In this document: piece by piece, positions 32,543-45,200 of the stretch
How the letters are laid out: every line of letters starts with the position of its first letter
Numbering within the stretch: position 1 is the first letter of the stretch
Assembly: GCA_964629925.1 (NCBI GenBank)
Contig: CAZVSQ010000001.1
Coordinates: 6,610 to 70,609 of the forward strand
Direction of reading: 5' to 3'
DNA length: 64,000 nt
DNA from: an uncultured Ruminococcus sp.
GTDB lineage: Bacteria > Bacillota > Clostridia > Oscillospirales > Acutalibacteraceae
Made by a program: the position numbers and the translations under genes
Notes under the pieces: generated by a model
What the model was told of the DNA's origin: nothing
Seen by the model: only the letters and a program-made list of their open reading frames with translations
The model's database searches: none

Positions 32543-32705
32543 AAAACAAGAGGGTCTTATCCCTCTTGTTTTTTTATTGTCAAAAATTGGACACAATTAA
32601 TAAAATTATTTAATCTATTTTTTATATATAAATGAAAGGGTAAAAAATATTATTCCCTTTTACCTCGGCCAAGGGTTAAGTTAAAAAATGAGAGGAGCTT
32701 TTGCT

Positions 32706-33188
32706 ATGGCGAATTTCAATCAGCAAATGAATGGTGTGCAACAAGGAATGATCGGACAAATTCCTTCACAACCTTCTTTGTCATTTCCATATGGAACAAA
32801 TAATAGCAATTTCAATTATTTTAACTCAGGATTAAATAACTCTGTGAATTTGCAAGGTCAATATCAATTCTTAAAATGTAGACCAGTTTCTTCAAAAGAA
32901 GAAGCAAGAGCCGCACAAATTGATTTTGATGGTTCCTTATGGGTATTTACCGATGTTGGAAATGGCAAAATTTATACTAAACAAATCAATAATGACGGTA
33001 CAGCTACTTTTAAAACTTATGCTTTTACAAAAGATGAAAACCCTTATGCTTCAACTGATTTCGTCACAAAAGATGAATTCAATAAGGTTATTCAGTCTTT
33101 AATGGCGGCGATTCCTTCTTTACAGTCTCAACAAACTCAAGAGGAAGCGCCCCCACAAAGCAATGAAAAAGCAATGCTAAACTTTTAA
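32706..33188 (+). CDS. Gln/Asn-rich conserved phage protein
   Basis: RPVSSKEEARAAQIDFDGS...IYTKQINNDG. Confidence 0.75.
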   Translation: MANFNQQMNGVQQGMIGQIPSQPSLSFPYGTNNSNFNYFNSGLNNSVNLQGQYQFLKCRPVSSKEEARAAQIDFDGSLWVFTDVGNGKIYTKQINNDGTATFKTYAFTKDENPYASTDFVTKDEFNKVIQSLMAAIPSLQSQQTQEEAPPQSNEKAMLNF

Positions 33189-33203
33189 TGCGGGGAGAAA
33201 AAT

Positions 33204-33434
33204 ATGAATATAAATCCACTTCAATTAATTCAACTAATAAAAGGCGGTCAAAACCCGCAACAATTACTTATGAGCATTATGCAAAATAATAATAATCCAA
33301 TTCTTCAAAATGCTATGGGAATGGCACAACAAGGAAATACTTCTGGATTAGAAATGCTTGCTCGTAATATTGCACAACAAAAAGGCATAGATTTTGATAA
33401 AGCCTTCTCAGAATTTCAGAGTTATTTAAAATAA
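33204..33434 (+). CDS. small Gln/Met-rich protein
   Basis: ORF track; NPQQLLM. Confidence 0.75.
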   Translation: MNINPLQLIQLIKGGQNPQQLLMSIMQNNNNPILQNAMGMAQQGNTSGLEMLARNIAQQKGIDFDKAFSEFQSYLK

Positions 33435-33455
33435 CTTTGAAAGGAAACACAAATT

Positions 33456-34232
33456 ATGTTTAACGACAATCAAGGATATTCTTTAGCAGATATTGCCGCA
33501 GCTTCAGGCAATAGAAACAATGATAGTTTTGGTTTTAATGGAAACGGCGCTTGGATTTTCTTATTCTTTATCCTCATTCTTATGGGCGGATGGGGCAATG
33601 GAAACGGTTGGGGTAATAATGGAGCCTCTCCCGCAACAGTAGAAATAAGTAATGATGTTCAAAGAGGATTTGATCAAAGTGCATTAATTAATGGCATTAA
33701 TGGTATTACTTCTGCTGTTAATACAGGTTTTGCAAATGCAGAAATTTCTCGTTGTAATTCTCAAGCAAATATCCTTCAAACTTTAAACAATAATCAATCA
33801 AATTTGAGCACACAGCTTAATACAATAGCTATGAATCAGCAGAGTAGTTGCTGCGAAAATCGTGCTGGACTTGCAGATTTAAAATATACGGTAGCTACTG
33901 AAGCTTGTGCAGATAGATCAGCTCTATCTGAGGCATTAAGAGAAGTAATTACTTCTAATACTGCTAACACTCAAATGATTTTAGATAAAATGTGTCAGCA
34001 AGAAATTGATGCACTTAAAGCTCAAAATCAACAGCTGCAAATGCAGGGTTATCTTGCAAGTCTTGCAGCTTCTCAAAATGCACAAACAGGTCAAATTTTA
34101 ACAGATAATGCTGCTCAAACGACAGCTCTTTTAAGAGCTTTAAATCCAGCTCCTGTTCCAGCTTATGTCGTAAGCAATCCATATGGTTGTAATTGTAGCG
34201 GAAGTTGCAATGGTGCAGCCTTCTATAACTGA
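33456..34232 (+). CDS. Gly/Asn-rich membrane and coiled-coil protein
   Basis: SLADIAA, TM segment, CCEN, P.PAY.V.NPY. Confidence 0.75.
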   Translation: MFNDNQGYSLADIAAASGNRNNDSFGFNGNGAWIFLFFILILMGGWGNGNGWGNNGASPATVEISNDVQRGFDQSALINGINGITSAVNTGFANAEISRCNSQANILQTLNNNQSNLSTQLNTIAMNQQSSCCENRAGLADLKYTVATEACADRSALSEALREVITSNTANTQMILDKMCQQEIDALKAQNQQLQMQGYLASLAASQNAQTGQILTDNAAQTTALLRALNPAPVPAYVVSNPYGCNCSGSCNGAAFYN

Positions 34233-34246
34233 TAAGGAGGATGCTT

Positions 34247-34702
34247 ATGGCAAGTTATGTAACAACAACAGATGCATTAGTTGCATTAAATGGAACAATT
34301 CCATTTAATAGTGTTTCTATCCCATGCAATAAAGGAAATATTGTTCCTGTCGTTCCTGGGGTTCTTAACTTAAAAGGCAATACCTCTAATCGTTTTGCAA
34401 GATATGAAGTTACTCTTCAAGGTAATATTCAAATTCCTGAAGGAGGAACAGTTACACCTATTGCATTAGGTATTACACTTAATGGGGTAACTATTCCAGA
34501 GAGTGTGGCTATTGTAACTCCTGCAGCAGCCGAAGAATATCGGCACGTAAATACATCTGCTTCAATTACTGTTCCTTGTGGATGCTGCTTAACTGTTTCT
34601 GGCGCCTATGTAGATGGGACAGAAGATGACCCTGCAACAACACCTACTCCTTCTATTCAGATAAGACGAGAAGCCTCAATAATTATAAAAAGAATAGCGT
34701 AA
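34247..34702 (+). CDS. BclA/C1q-like beta-sandwich protein
   Basis: Beta-rich; VPCGCC motif. Confidence 0.55.
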   Translation: MASYVTTTDALVALNGTIPFNSVSIPCNKGNIVPVVPGVLNLKGNTSNRFARYEVTLQGNIQIPEGGTVTPIALGITLNGVTIPESVAIVTPAAAEEYRHVNTSASITVPCGCCLTVSGAYVDGTEDDPATTPTPSIQIRREASIIIKRIA

Positions 34703-34711
34703 GGAGGATAA

Positions 34712-35299
34712 GTGATTATGGCAACAGAAAATTTAAAAACAATGAAAGAGCAGTTAACAAGTTGTGTCCAAGGTCAATTAGGAGACATTTCAAAAGTAGA
34801 TACTCATGAGCTTGGAGAGGCTATTGATATGATTAAAGATTTGGCGGAAGCTATTTATTATTGTACCATAACAGATTCAATGGAGAAAAGCGATGAAATT
34901 CAAAAAATGAGTTCCTCAACTATAAATTATTATACAACTCCAATGAATCAAATGTATCCTTATGTGGATGGAATGGATAGAACTAAAAGATATATGTATT
35001 ATCCATAGGATAGTAATATGAGTTCTTCTCCTACTCATACTGGCACACAACCTATGCATTATACTGAGCCTTCAATGGAAGTAAGAAGAGACCCAAGATA
35101 GGGCACTGCTTATATGCGTCGTAGAATGTATATGGAAAGTAAAGAACAACATAGAGATGCAAATTCTCAAATGCGTGAATTAGAAGCATATTTACAAGAA
35201 TTATCTTCAGATATTACTGGAATGTTAAAAGATGCTTCCGCAGAAGAAAAAAATGTTCTTCGTCAGAAAATAACTACATTAGCAAGTAAAATACAATAA
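34712..35299 (+). CDS. conserved phage protein (2 TAG)
   Basis: ORFs 34712 and 35114 in one frame; RDPR*G...RRMYMESKE. Confidence 0.7.
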
Positions 35300-35613
35300 T
35301 GTTTTTAATCAATAATATATATTGGAAGTTAGCTTTTGTAGAACCAAATTATCCTCTTTTAATGAATTATAATGGAAATTATTCAATAGGAGCTTGTGAT
35401 AATTTAACAAGAACCATCTATATAAATAATACTTTAACAGGGAATCTTCTAAAAAAAGTATTATGTCATTAGTTAACTCACGCAGCAATGTTTTCTTATG
35501 GAGTTATACTTTCTTTATAGCAATAGGAATTAGTAGCTGATTTAATTTCTACATATGGAGAGGAAATAATTTATACTACAAATAAAATTTTTGTGCGTTT
35601 AACTAATGTATAA
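35299..35613 (+). CDS. zincin-like HExxH metallopeptidase; catalytic Glu encoded by TAG
   Basis: VLCH*LTHAAMF (TAG 35470-35472); L*Q*ELVAD. Confidence 0.75.
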
Positions 35614-35681
35614 TAAAATTTATAAGGGGTTTATGATTTATTATAAGCCCCTTTATTTTTTAAAGAAAAGAGGCAATAAAA

Positions 35682-36179
35682 ATGTCAGTAATAAAAAAAA
35701 TAAATACTTATGATATTGGTGCGGATGCTGAAAATATTGATTGGGGAAATTCAACTTTAAAAAATGTTATTGGCGAAAATATTGATACTTCTACTTCAAT
35801 AGCAGACCAATTACAAGAATTAAAAAATATTATAAATACTTTAACTTCTTCTAATAATGCAGTTTCCGCAGGAGTAACCGAAGCTGCTATTGAAGCTTTT
35901 AATGATTTTACTGAGAATTTTAATATTGATGAATTTAATAATAAAATTAATCTTCTTATGAATCGTCCTATTGCGGTTAATCAAATTCGATGGAACACTG
36001 GCGCAATGCGTAATTTAAGAGATATTTTAGGTGCCTGTGATAATATGCCATATGCAACAATAAGGGATTGGTTAGAAAATTTAAGTGTTCTTAGTAAAAA
36101 CTCTAGAACATTAGTTTGGCATAGCTTAGAAAATGATATAAATGAAAATAATAATTCAGAAAATGAAAATGAAAAATGA
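35682..36179 (+). CDS. hypothetical protein, paralog of the N-terminus of 37736-38863
   Basis: YDIGADAENID...RDWLE vs YKIGADVEDID...RDWIE. Confidence 0.65.
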   Translation: MSVIKKINTYDIGADAENIDWGNSTLKNVIGENIDTSTSIADQLQELKNIINTLTSSNNAVSAGVTEAAIEAFNDFTENFNIDEFNNKINLLMNRPIAVNQIRWNTGAMRNLRDILGACDNMPYATIRDWLENLSVLSKNSRTLVWHSLENDINENNNSENENEK

Positions 36180-36297
36180 AATTCCAGAAAGAACTATTGG
36201 AAAATTTATTCCAATAAATTTAATTTTAAATTCAAACTAAAAAATTTGACTTTCGCCAAAATTTTTGATATAATAAAATCAAGAAAGAGGCGATATT

Positions 36298-36786
36298 ATG
36301 AAAATATTAACATTAGACTTATCTACAAAACAAAGCGGCTATGCAATAGGATAGGAATAGTGCCTTCTTTCGCATGGCTGCTTTTCTGCATCTTCAACAA
36401 ATCCATATAAAAGAATAATTAAAATGCGGGATTCAATAGCAGAATTACTAAAAACTAATCAAATTGCCAAAATTGTAATGGAAGAAGTAAGACCTGAATT
36501 TAATACCCATACCAGTAAAATTTTAATGTATTTACAAGCTTCTGTGGTTCTAATGGCATATGAAATAGACCCAAAGATTGAATTTTAGTTTTTAGGAGCA
36601 AGTGAATGGCGGGCAAGGTTAAAAATCAAGCAAGGTAGAGGTATAAAACGTAATCAGCTCAAACCGCAAGATATTCAATATGTATAGTAGAAATATGGAA
36701 TTAAAGTTAATGATGATTAGGCAGACGCAATCTGCATATTTGATGCCTATTGGATACAAGAAAATAATTAGATAAACTGGAAATAA
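36298..36786 (+). CDS. RuvC-like Holliday junction resolvase (7 TAG)
   Basis: ILTLDLST..SGYA, IVMEE, SEWR, NDD*ADAICI. Confidence 0.85.
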
Positions 36787-36986
36787 AAAAGAGCAAAATC
36801 AAAAGATTTTGCTCTTTTTATTATCACATATTTAATACTCTTCTATAAAACTGACAACTTCTTTTGTTAAGCTGTCAGATTTAATATCTGCACGGCTTGA
36901 AAGACTATTGCTTATATATGTTACCGAAGATTCCCATCGGTGACCGATCAGCGCCAGAAATGCCGACATTACCGCCGGTTCAATAT

Positions 36987-37736
36987 TTAATTTTCCGCCG
37001 CTCCCTATTCGATTAACATAAGAGTGTGAGCGTCCACAGCATAAAATGTATCAGAACCTATGACCACCTGATAGCCAGCGGCAACTGTGGAAGCATCCCA
37101 CAGTTTTGAAAACGTAAACGCACGGTTGGAGCTGGTGTTTTCTAAGAATACTTTGTTTTGGATCACTTCCACACCCGCTGAGCCTATGGGCGCATAGATG
37201 TAGGGTATCCTGTTGATAGTGGTATATGTCTGATTGCTGCCGTTCGCCGCTACAAATATCGTTGTCATAATGTTCGTGGCATCTGCTGTGCTCTTGCCGA
37301 TAATGACATTGCCGCCGCTTTTTGCGCTGAGAAGCTTCAGTCCGTTTTTACCGTTATAGGGGGCTATCCGGAAATACACATCCTCACTATTGGTAATAAT
37401 TGATAAATTAAAAATCCGCATAGCTACTGCCGATCCGACGGAGGGCTCGTTGTTCCAATATATCCTTTCGTAATAATTATCCCCAAAAACAGGGGCAGAA
37501 ATTCTGAGACCCTGTGTAGCGGAACCGACAGGTGCGTCCCGGGTAAAAACGATGGTATAATCACCGTCAACCGAGAATGTGAAACTGGGTGCCCCAGAGG
37601 TCGCAGCATACTGGGCTTCTATGTCTGTAGTAGTACAGGTTATCCGGCTGTCGGCTTCAGTGATCGCCGCTATGAGCGCCTGCACAAATTGCAGCTCTGT
37701 TCCGTAGATTGATATTGTTTTATTATAATAGGCCAT
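36987..37736 (-). CDS. tail-associated protein, paralog of 13808
   Basis: 243-aa ORF ending in TAG; read-through adds 6 aa to TAA. Confidence 0.7.
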
Positions 37737-38863
37737 TAGTTTACCTCCTGACTATAGTTGTAATAATAATTCTGGATGCATATGCATGATATATTGCTGA
37801 TGTCAATAGTGATCGGGACACCATCAATGATATATCCAAGGTCTATTCCGAAATAATACGTTCCTGGAGTATTAACATTCATTTTAATCCTGGTATAGGC
37901 GTTGGATGAAGTTTTTGGAAGCGCAGCATATGCAACAATATTCTAACTGTTATACTGCAATGCACCTGTATCTGGCATGAATTTAGATATAAAAGCATAC
38001 TCTGTATCTGACCCGTAACTACAATTATATCCATCCATCGGACATCGCATATCGAAGCTGAATGTCCCGAACCCAGTCAAATCTACAGGAAGATAAATTC
38101 TTTCGTAGCCTGACCCTCCGGTATATACAAGTCTGTTTCGCCCATTAGTATAAGTATTGTCAAACTGTGGAAAGCTTTGCATATTTTTTTGCCAGTTAGA
38201 TATATTCTTTTGTTCATCTGTGAGGAGATCGAATTCGGGAGAGTGATAAAACCCGGTTGCGTTATCGCTGTGAAACAGCCTGCTCACGCTGATAGTTGCC
38301 GGAGTACTACCAATAGGCATAACAGACACTCCCCCACTCCCCCCGCCGCCTCCACCTCCACCAGGAGATGAGCCACCATTACCACCCATCGCACTAATTT
38401 TTTCGATCCAATCTCGAAGATTTGTAGCTTGTAATGGTAGATTTCTTAAATTTCCTAAAATTTTATGTAAATTAACAGGAATTCCATCTGTCCATATAAT
38501 ATCATCAGTTGAAAATTTTTTTGAATTAACTTTATTTGTAACTTTTTCAGATACAATATTATCTAAATCTATTAATGTATCTAATTTTGGTTCAGCTTCT
38601 TCAAATTTTTTTTGAATAGTTGAAAAATCCTATTCTATATTTAAAAACTATTCTGCTAAATTTGAAATATGCTATTTATTATTATCCAACTCTTCTTTAA
38701 CAGAAGCATCGTCTGTCTAAAATTCACCTAAAATTTCTCTTACACTTTTAGTTGATTCATTTGAAATTTTATAATCAATATCTTCAACATCTGCTCCTAT
38801 TTTATAAGGCTATAAAGAAGGAGTTCCATTTGTATTTAATTTTATTTGCTTTATTTTTCCCAT
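37736..38863 (-). CDS. tail fibre-like protein with Gly-rich linker (several TAG)
   Basis: ATG 38863 in frame with ORF 37943-38389, open to TAA 37736-37738. Confidence 0.65.
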
Positions 38864-38879
38864 TATTTTACCCCTTTCT

Positions 38880-39149
38880 TTAATATCTTTTTCCAATAAT
38901 AGTTTTATTTATTCCAAGAGTATCATCTGTGTGTAATATATAGACATTATCTCCAGAATAAAATTTTAACTAAGGATTGCTTGAATATGCTGAAAAAATA
39001 GCATCTTGATATTTACATTTATACTTACCTTTTTTAACATCCTCAACTGCTATAATTTGTGCAGTTATTGTCTTATCATAACCAGCATCTTTTATTGCAG
39101 TATTAATTAACAACTCAATAGCATCTAAAAATTTTTCATTAATACTCAT
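38880..39149 (-). CDS. small baseplate-associated protein
   Basis: MSINEKFLDAIE...YDKTITAQI; RBS; promoter copy near 39214. Confidence 0.6.
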
Positions 39150-39248
39150 TAAAAGTAGCCTCCTTTTAAATCTATTTTCTCTTATTATTATATCATAAAA
39201 ATTTTATGAAATCAAAGTAATATGGTGAGGGAGCTTAGCTCCCTCGCC

Positions 39249-42200
39249 TTATTTTTTATATTTTAATGCTCTTTGTGCAGCTAAATTAACTAATTCAGTT
39301 AATGCCTATTCAATTTCTTTTTTACTATTAACATTTGGAAAATTAACATTCATTTCAACAGATTGTTTTAAATCATCTTTGGATTGTATTTTTTCAACCT
39401 GAGCATTTTGTTTTACAATATCTTGAATTTCATTATTTAATTGTGTCATTCTCATTTTTAATTCATTTTGTTGCATTTCTCTTACCATTTGAATCATTTC
39501 AAGCATATTTGCGGTATCCTATTTATTTAATACAAGTTCTTTCTAATGAAGAACTGCTAATTTACCTTCTGAAGAGTTCCAATCTCCAGTATATCCACCT
39601 GTATCAAATTTAATTTTGTTAGAAGAAAATTTATTCCAACCATTAATAAATCCATACATGTCTCTCATTACGCCTTGAAAATAATTTGCAAATTTACCTG
39701 GACCCAAATCCTTAACCTTATTTACAAAAGCAGAAATATCTCCACCCTTCTATATAGTTTTCCCCTAGAGATCAAATCCTACTAAGTATAGCCGCCCATT
39801 CTAATTGCCCAAAGTTAATTTACTAAAAAGTGCTCCACTATTTATTTTGCTATTTTTTGTTATTTCTATTGCTTTGTTAACTATACTTTTCATATCCCAA
39901 CCAGGCGCCGATTCCAAATTACTTGATTTAACAGGATTGCCGATTGATGATGGAGACTTACTACTTGAAGGAGGAATTACTTTAATAGCATTAGCTATTC
40001 CTGAAATTGGACCTGTGGCAATGCCACCACCAATTCCTTCGCCACCGCCATTATTTTCATCTTCATTTAATTTTTTTAATGCCGCTTCATCGATAACTTT
40101 AATGTAATCGTATACTCTTAGTACCGCCGCATCAATTTTATCATAAACAGCTTGCCATTTATCTGCTTGAGTTGTTAATGCATCTAAGGTACCATTCATT
40201 GCATCAACAATTTCTCCGGCTTGATCTTTTAATCTATCATTATCTATGATTAATTCATTCTAAAGTTCTACGACTGGGTCCATAGCCTATTTTATTTTAT
40301 TCCAATTCTATCCTGCGGCGGTCTGTAATTCAGCTAAACCTTTTTGATAAGTTTTTCTTTCATTATCCATCGCTTGTGTGGCTTTTATTACAATTTGTCT
40401 AAAACTATCTGGGTCTTCGCTAAATCTTCCTATCATTTCTGCAATTCCAGTATTAATTGAAGGAACCATATCCTGTAGCCATTTATTCTTTTGAATATCA
40501 CTCATATTTTCAAAATCAATAGCCTCTTTATCCATTACCTCAGAATAATGCATCATTGCAGAATCTAAAAGATTTTGTTTGCTCCATTCGGTCTCTTGAG
40601 ATAAATTCAAAATATAATTAGAATATTGAGCTTCTAATAATTTTCTTTCTTCATTTATTTGTTTTCTTCGTTCTTCTGTTGCAGTAATATATTCTTCATT
40701 TAAAGCTTTTATCTTTTCTTGATATTCTTTTGTAGCATTATATGCTTCTTCTAAACTCTTTTCATAATTTTCTTTATCAAAATTATATAAATCATTTTCA
40801 GCTTTTTGTAAATCATTTTCTGCTTTAGCAATATTATCTTGGTCTGCAACATATTGATAAGAATAATTACCTTGTGAATCACGTTTCAATCTCATTTGAG
40901 TTTTATTGTTTCTTGCCTATTCAAGAGCAATTCGAGCTTTCTCAATTTCCAATACCTTACCTGCTCTATCAACATCATATTGTGTTAATTTATCTTTTTC
41001 TTTTAATATTTCAAGCTGTTCACTCATTACTTTCTTTAATTGTTGTTGACTTTTCAACCCTTTTGTGTCATTTAAAGCTTGATTATATAAATATTCAGTA
41101 TTTTTAACAGCAAAAGCAGAATTAATGTCATCTAAATAAAGATTAGATTGTTTTTTCATTAAATCCCATTGAGTGTCTAAATAACCAAACCCTTTATTAT
41201 TTGTTAATTTTTGTTCCATCTGATGAGATATTTGATTAATTGCAGCGGTATATCTATCTTTTAATAATTGAGCAGATTGCTCTTCAAGTTGATTTCTATT
41301 TTGAATTGCGGTTTGCCATTCAGCTTCCGCCTTCTCAATTACAGCAGTGTCTCCACTTTCTCTTGCTTTTCTTAAATTTTCTTCTGCAATTTGTACTCTA
41401 TTGTTCATTGATTCTATTGATTTTAAACTATTTTCTATCATTTTATCATTATAAACATTTTGTACTGCATAATCATTTTCTCCATATATTAAGCTCATCA
41501 TATTCTTATTATGTTCTAACTGATTATTAACAAAATCATATTGAGATTTTTGTTTTTCAAACATTTCACTAATAATATCATATTGTTCAAGATAAGTTTG
41601 TTTTATTGCATCTTCATTTTCTAAAATACCTTTTCTTAACTATATAGCTTTTTTCTGTAACTCTTCTATTGCTTTTTTCTTCTATCCCTAAGTTTTATAC
41701 AATGTTCCATTATCTGCCATAGCCTCTGCAATTTGTTTATTAACAACATCTAAAGACTGAGAATCAGTATTTATATCCGCCAACCTTTGAGCATTATCCT
41801 TTTGTGCAGATAAAGCTCTGTTAGGATTAAATATATCATCATGCTATAAAACGTTTCTTTTGTAATCATTCCAAGTTTTAGTTGCCTAAGATAAATCTAA
41901 AGTAACTTCTAATTTCATATTAAATTTCTTAAGATTTATTTCAATTTGTTTTTCTGATAATTCAGTTAATTGATCTGCAACATCTTCAGCCTAATCTTTT
42001 ACTTTTTCATAATTACTTAAATTTGTTTTTAAATCATTTAAATAATCATTAGCTTGACTCTTTTCTTTTCCAATAGAGAACAACTGTACGTCTAAATCTT
42101 TATAAATTTCATCACTTGTACTGCCACCATTTAACAAATGTTGATTCATTGCTTCTTGAACGCCACGTTCTCTACTAATGATAGCATTAATATTATTTAT

Positions 42201-45200
42201 TGCATTTCCAACAAGATTATTATAATTACTAATATTTCCATTAGCGTCAAAAGATGCTCCCTTAGAAACTAATTCAGCCCTTTTATTTGCCAAATCTTGT
42301 TGTTGTAATCTTTGTTTACTTTTTAATAACTTTTCTTGTTTTTTATATTCTGCGGATTCAGCACTTAAATTATCAAGCAACTCAGTTCCGTACATATCCT
42401 GTTGATTACGAGTTATACGTTTAATGGTTCTTTCTTGGTCACTTAATAATCTATTTATTTCGTGATAAATGTCTCTTTCATCTTTTAAGAATTTAGTTAA
42501 TTCTTTTTGATTTTTAATTCTTTCTCTTTCTAAATCCTTTAATTCTTCTTGAGATTTCTATTGTTCTTTTAATTCATGAGTTGCTGCTTTAGTATAAGAT
42601 TTAATTATTGCCTATCCATCTTCAATAACTACATCTAAATCTACATCAAATGATGCAAAAATTGCCTCAAGTTGCTGTTCTGTGTCTACCCCTTTAGCAA
42701 TTAATGCCGCTAAAACTTTATCCAATCCCTATTCATTTAATTTTGCTCCAACTGGAATATCTTCTAAATCTAATTTATCAAAATATGCTGATAAATCAGT
42801 TTTAACTTTATTTAATTCAGCATCATCTAATCCTATATGAATTAAAATATCTTCATAAGCGGCTTGTTGTAACCTTTTATATGCTTTTTCATCTCCCTCA
42901 AGAGCTAATCGCATATCTTCAAGATTTTGTTTAGTAGTTGCAAAAGTATCAGAAAGAGTGCTTTCAGAAATTCCTAAAGTATCTGCCATAGCATCTTTTA
43001 TCTATGGTGCTACTGATAATTTATCTGCGGTAGACCCAGATAATTTATCTTGCCAAGTTGCATAATTTTTAATTACGGCACTTAATGCAGAATTATATCT
43101 TTGAACTTCTTCTGCCACATCTTTAGCTTTTTTTGCATTAGATTCTAAAGCATCATCTAATAATTTAGATTTTTTTGCAGTTAATTGAAATTGCTATCCT
43201 AATTTTGCTACAAGAGTTTCATCTACATCATTATCTGTTGGAAATATTGATTCATGAATTTGCTATAAAGCTTCTTGCTATTGTTCGTTTGCCTGTGTTA
43301 TTTTATCTGCTGCATCTTTATGTTTTTTAGATAATTCATCAAAATAATTATAAATTGTTTCATAATTCTATTTTGAAATTTCTCCATTCTCCAAAAATTT
43401 TCTATAAACAGCTACATTTAATTTAACATCATCATCGTTAATAGTTGCTAATTTATTTAACATCTATTGAGCTTTATCAAAATTAGATTGCTACTAATTG
43501 TTCTCAAATAACCATTTTTGTAACTATTTAATTACTGGCTATGCTTGATTATATTTCTGATAATTATATCCTTTAGCAGTGCTATCCATCCACGCTTGTT
43601 CATTTTCTTTTATATTTTGTTGAACTCTATATTTTTCATCCCAGCCTGAACGTTGTTGTTCTTTAATTAATCTTTCAACTTCTTCTCTTTGGCTTTTATC
43701 TTTTAATACATATCCATTATTTCCAAGTCTAAAATATTCTTTTATTTCATCTGTTAACCCTAAATTTTCTTCAAAGTCTTTTGTAGAAATTGCTTTACTA
43801 TTTTGAACTTTCTATAAGGCATTAGCCATATTATTATATGTCTACGCTGCTTTTTTAGCATCTGCTGTATTAAATTCAAGATTTTTAAATTCATATCCAT
43901 CAATTGTCTTTAAAATATCTTTTACATCTTTTAAAGTCGGTAAATATTCAATATTAATACTTGAAAATTTTGCTAATTGCTCTTCATTTAATCCATTAAT
44001 TAATTTAATAATTTCATCATCAGTTTCTTCTAATCCAAAATAACCCGTTCCATTATAATGATTAATCCTATTAATATTATCCATTTTATTTCCATACTAA
44101 GTTTTTAAATCTTTAGGGATGATGGCTTCAGTTTTACGAGTAACAATATCATTTATCTATTCAATAGATAAACCCTATAATTCTCCTTCTTTCTAAAGTT
44201 GTTCATAAACTGCTTTAGAAGTTTTTTGATACGCCTACTCATATTCTTCAAAATTATTAATATTATTAAAATTATTAGATTGTCTATTTGCTTCTTGCTA
44301 TGCAATTAAATTTAAACTCTATAAATTTGCAGATTTCCACTCTTCTAACATAGGAGACATTTCTTCAAGTAACTCAACCATATTCCGATAATCATTACTT
44401 TGTTTTTCTTCCTCTGTTGCGTTTTCTACAACTTGTTGTAAAATTTCAACTTGTTTACGAGCTTCCTCTCCATTTTTGGCGTTCCATAATTCGACATAAT
44501 CTCCTTTGAAATCTCCCAAATTTTGAGCTTTAAGCATATCTCCTAATTCTTTTGAAAGTCCAGCATCTCCGCCAATTCCACCTGCTTTTATAACCGCATT
44601 TCCCTGCGCTTGTGCACCCCATGCTCCAAGTCCAGTAGTGAAAAAACCTCCAAAAAAATCATCTTGATTTTTCATCTGACTCGTTAATTTAAAATCTATA
44701 TTCTAATTTATTTTTTGAGCTTCCTTATCTTTAGATTTATACATTTCTTCAAGCTATTTTTCTTTAGCTTTTTTTGCTGCTTCCCCTAAATTATTATAAT
44801 CAGAAATTAAATTACGAATTTCAGCAGATTCATCTTGATATTTCTATTGTAATTCTTGAGTTTTTTCTTTTAATTCTTGTCGAGTAATAATTCCATCTTC
44901 ATATGATTTATTTAAAGCCTATACTTCTGAAATAATATCTTGATTATGCTTTATTTCTTCTTGTTTTTTCTTTTCTTGGTCAATAATTTTTTCATTTGCT
45001 TTTATTTGAGCCTAAGCTTGTTTTCTTTGAAGAGCTGAAGCAACTTTTAATAATCCAATTGCTGCTGCTATTGCAGCTGCTACTAATCCCCATGGACCAA
45101 GCAGTGATTTAGCAGATCTTGCAATATTTTTTATTAATGTTTTAGCATTTACAAGCAATGCTTTAGTATTTGCGATCAATCCAGCAGTATTTGCCCATAA

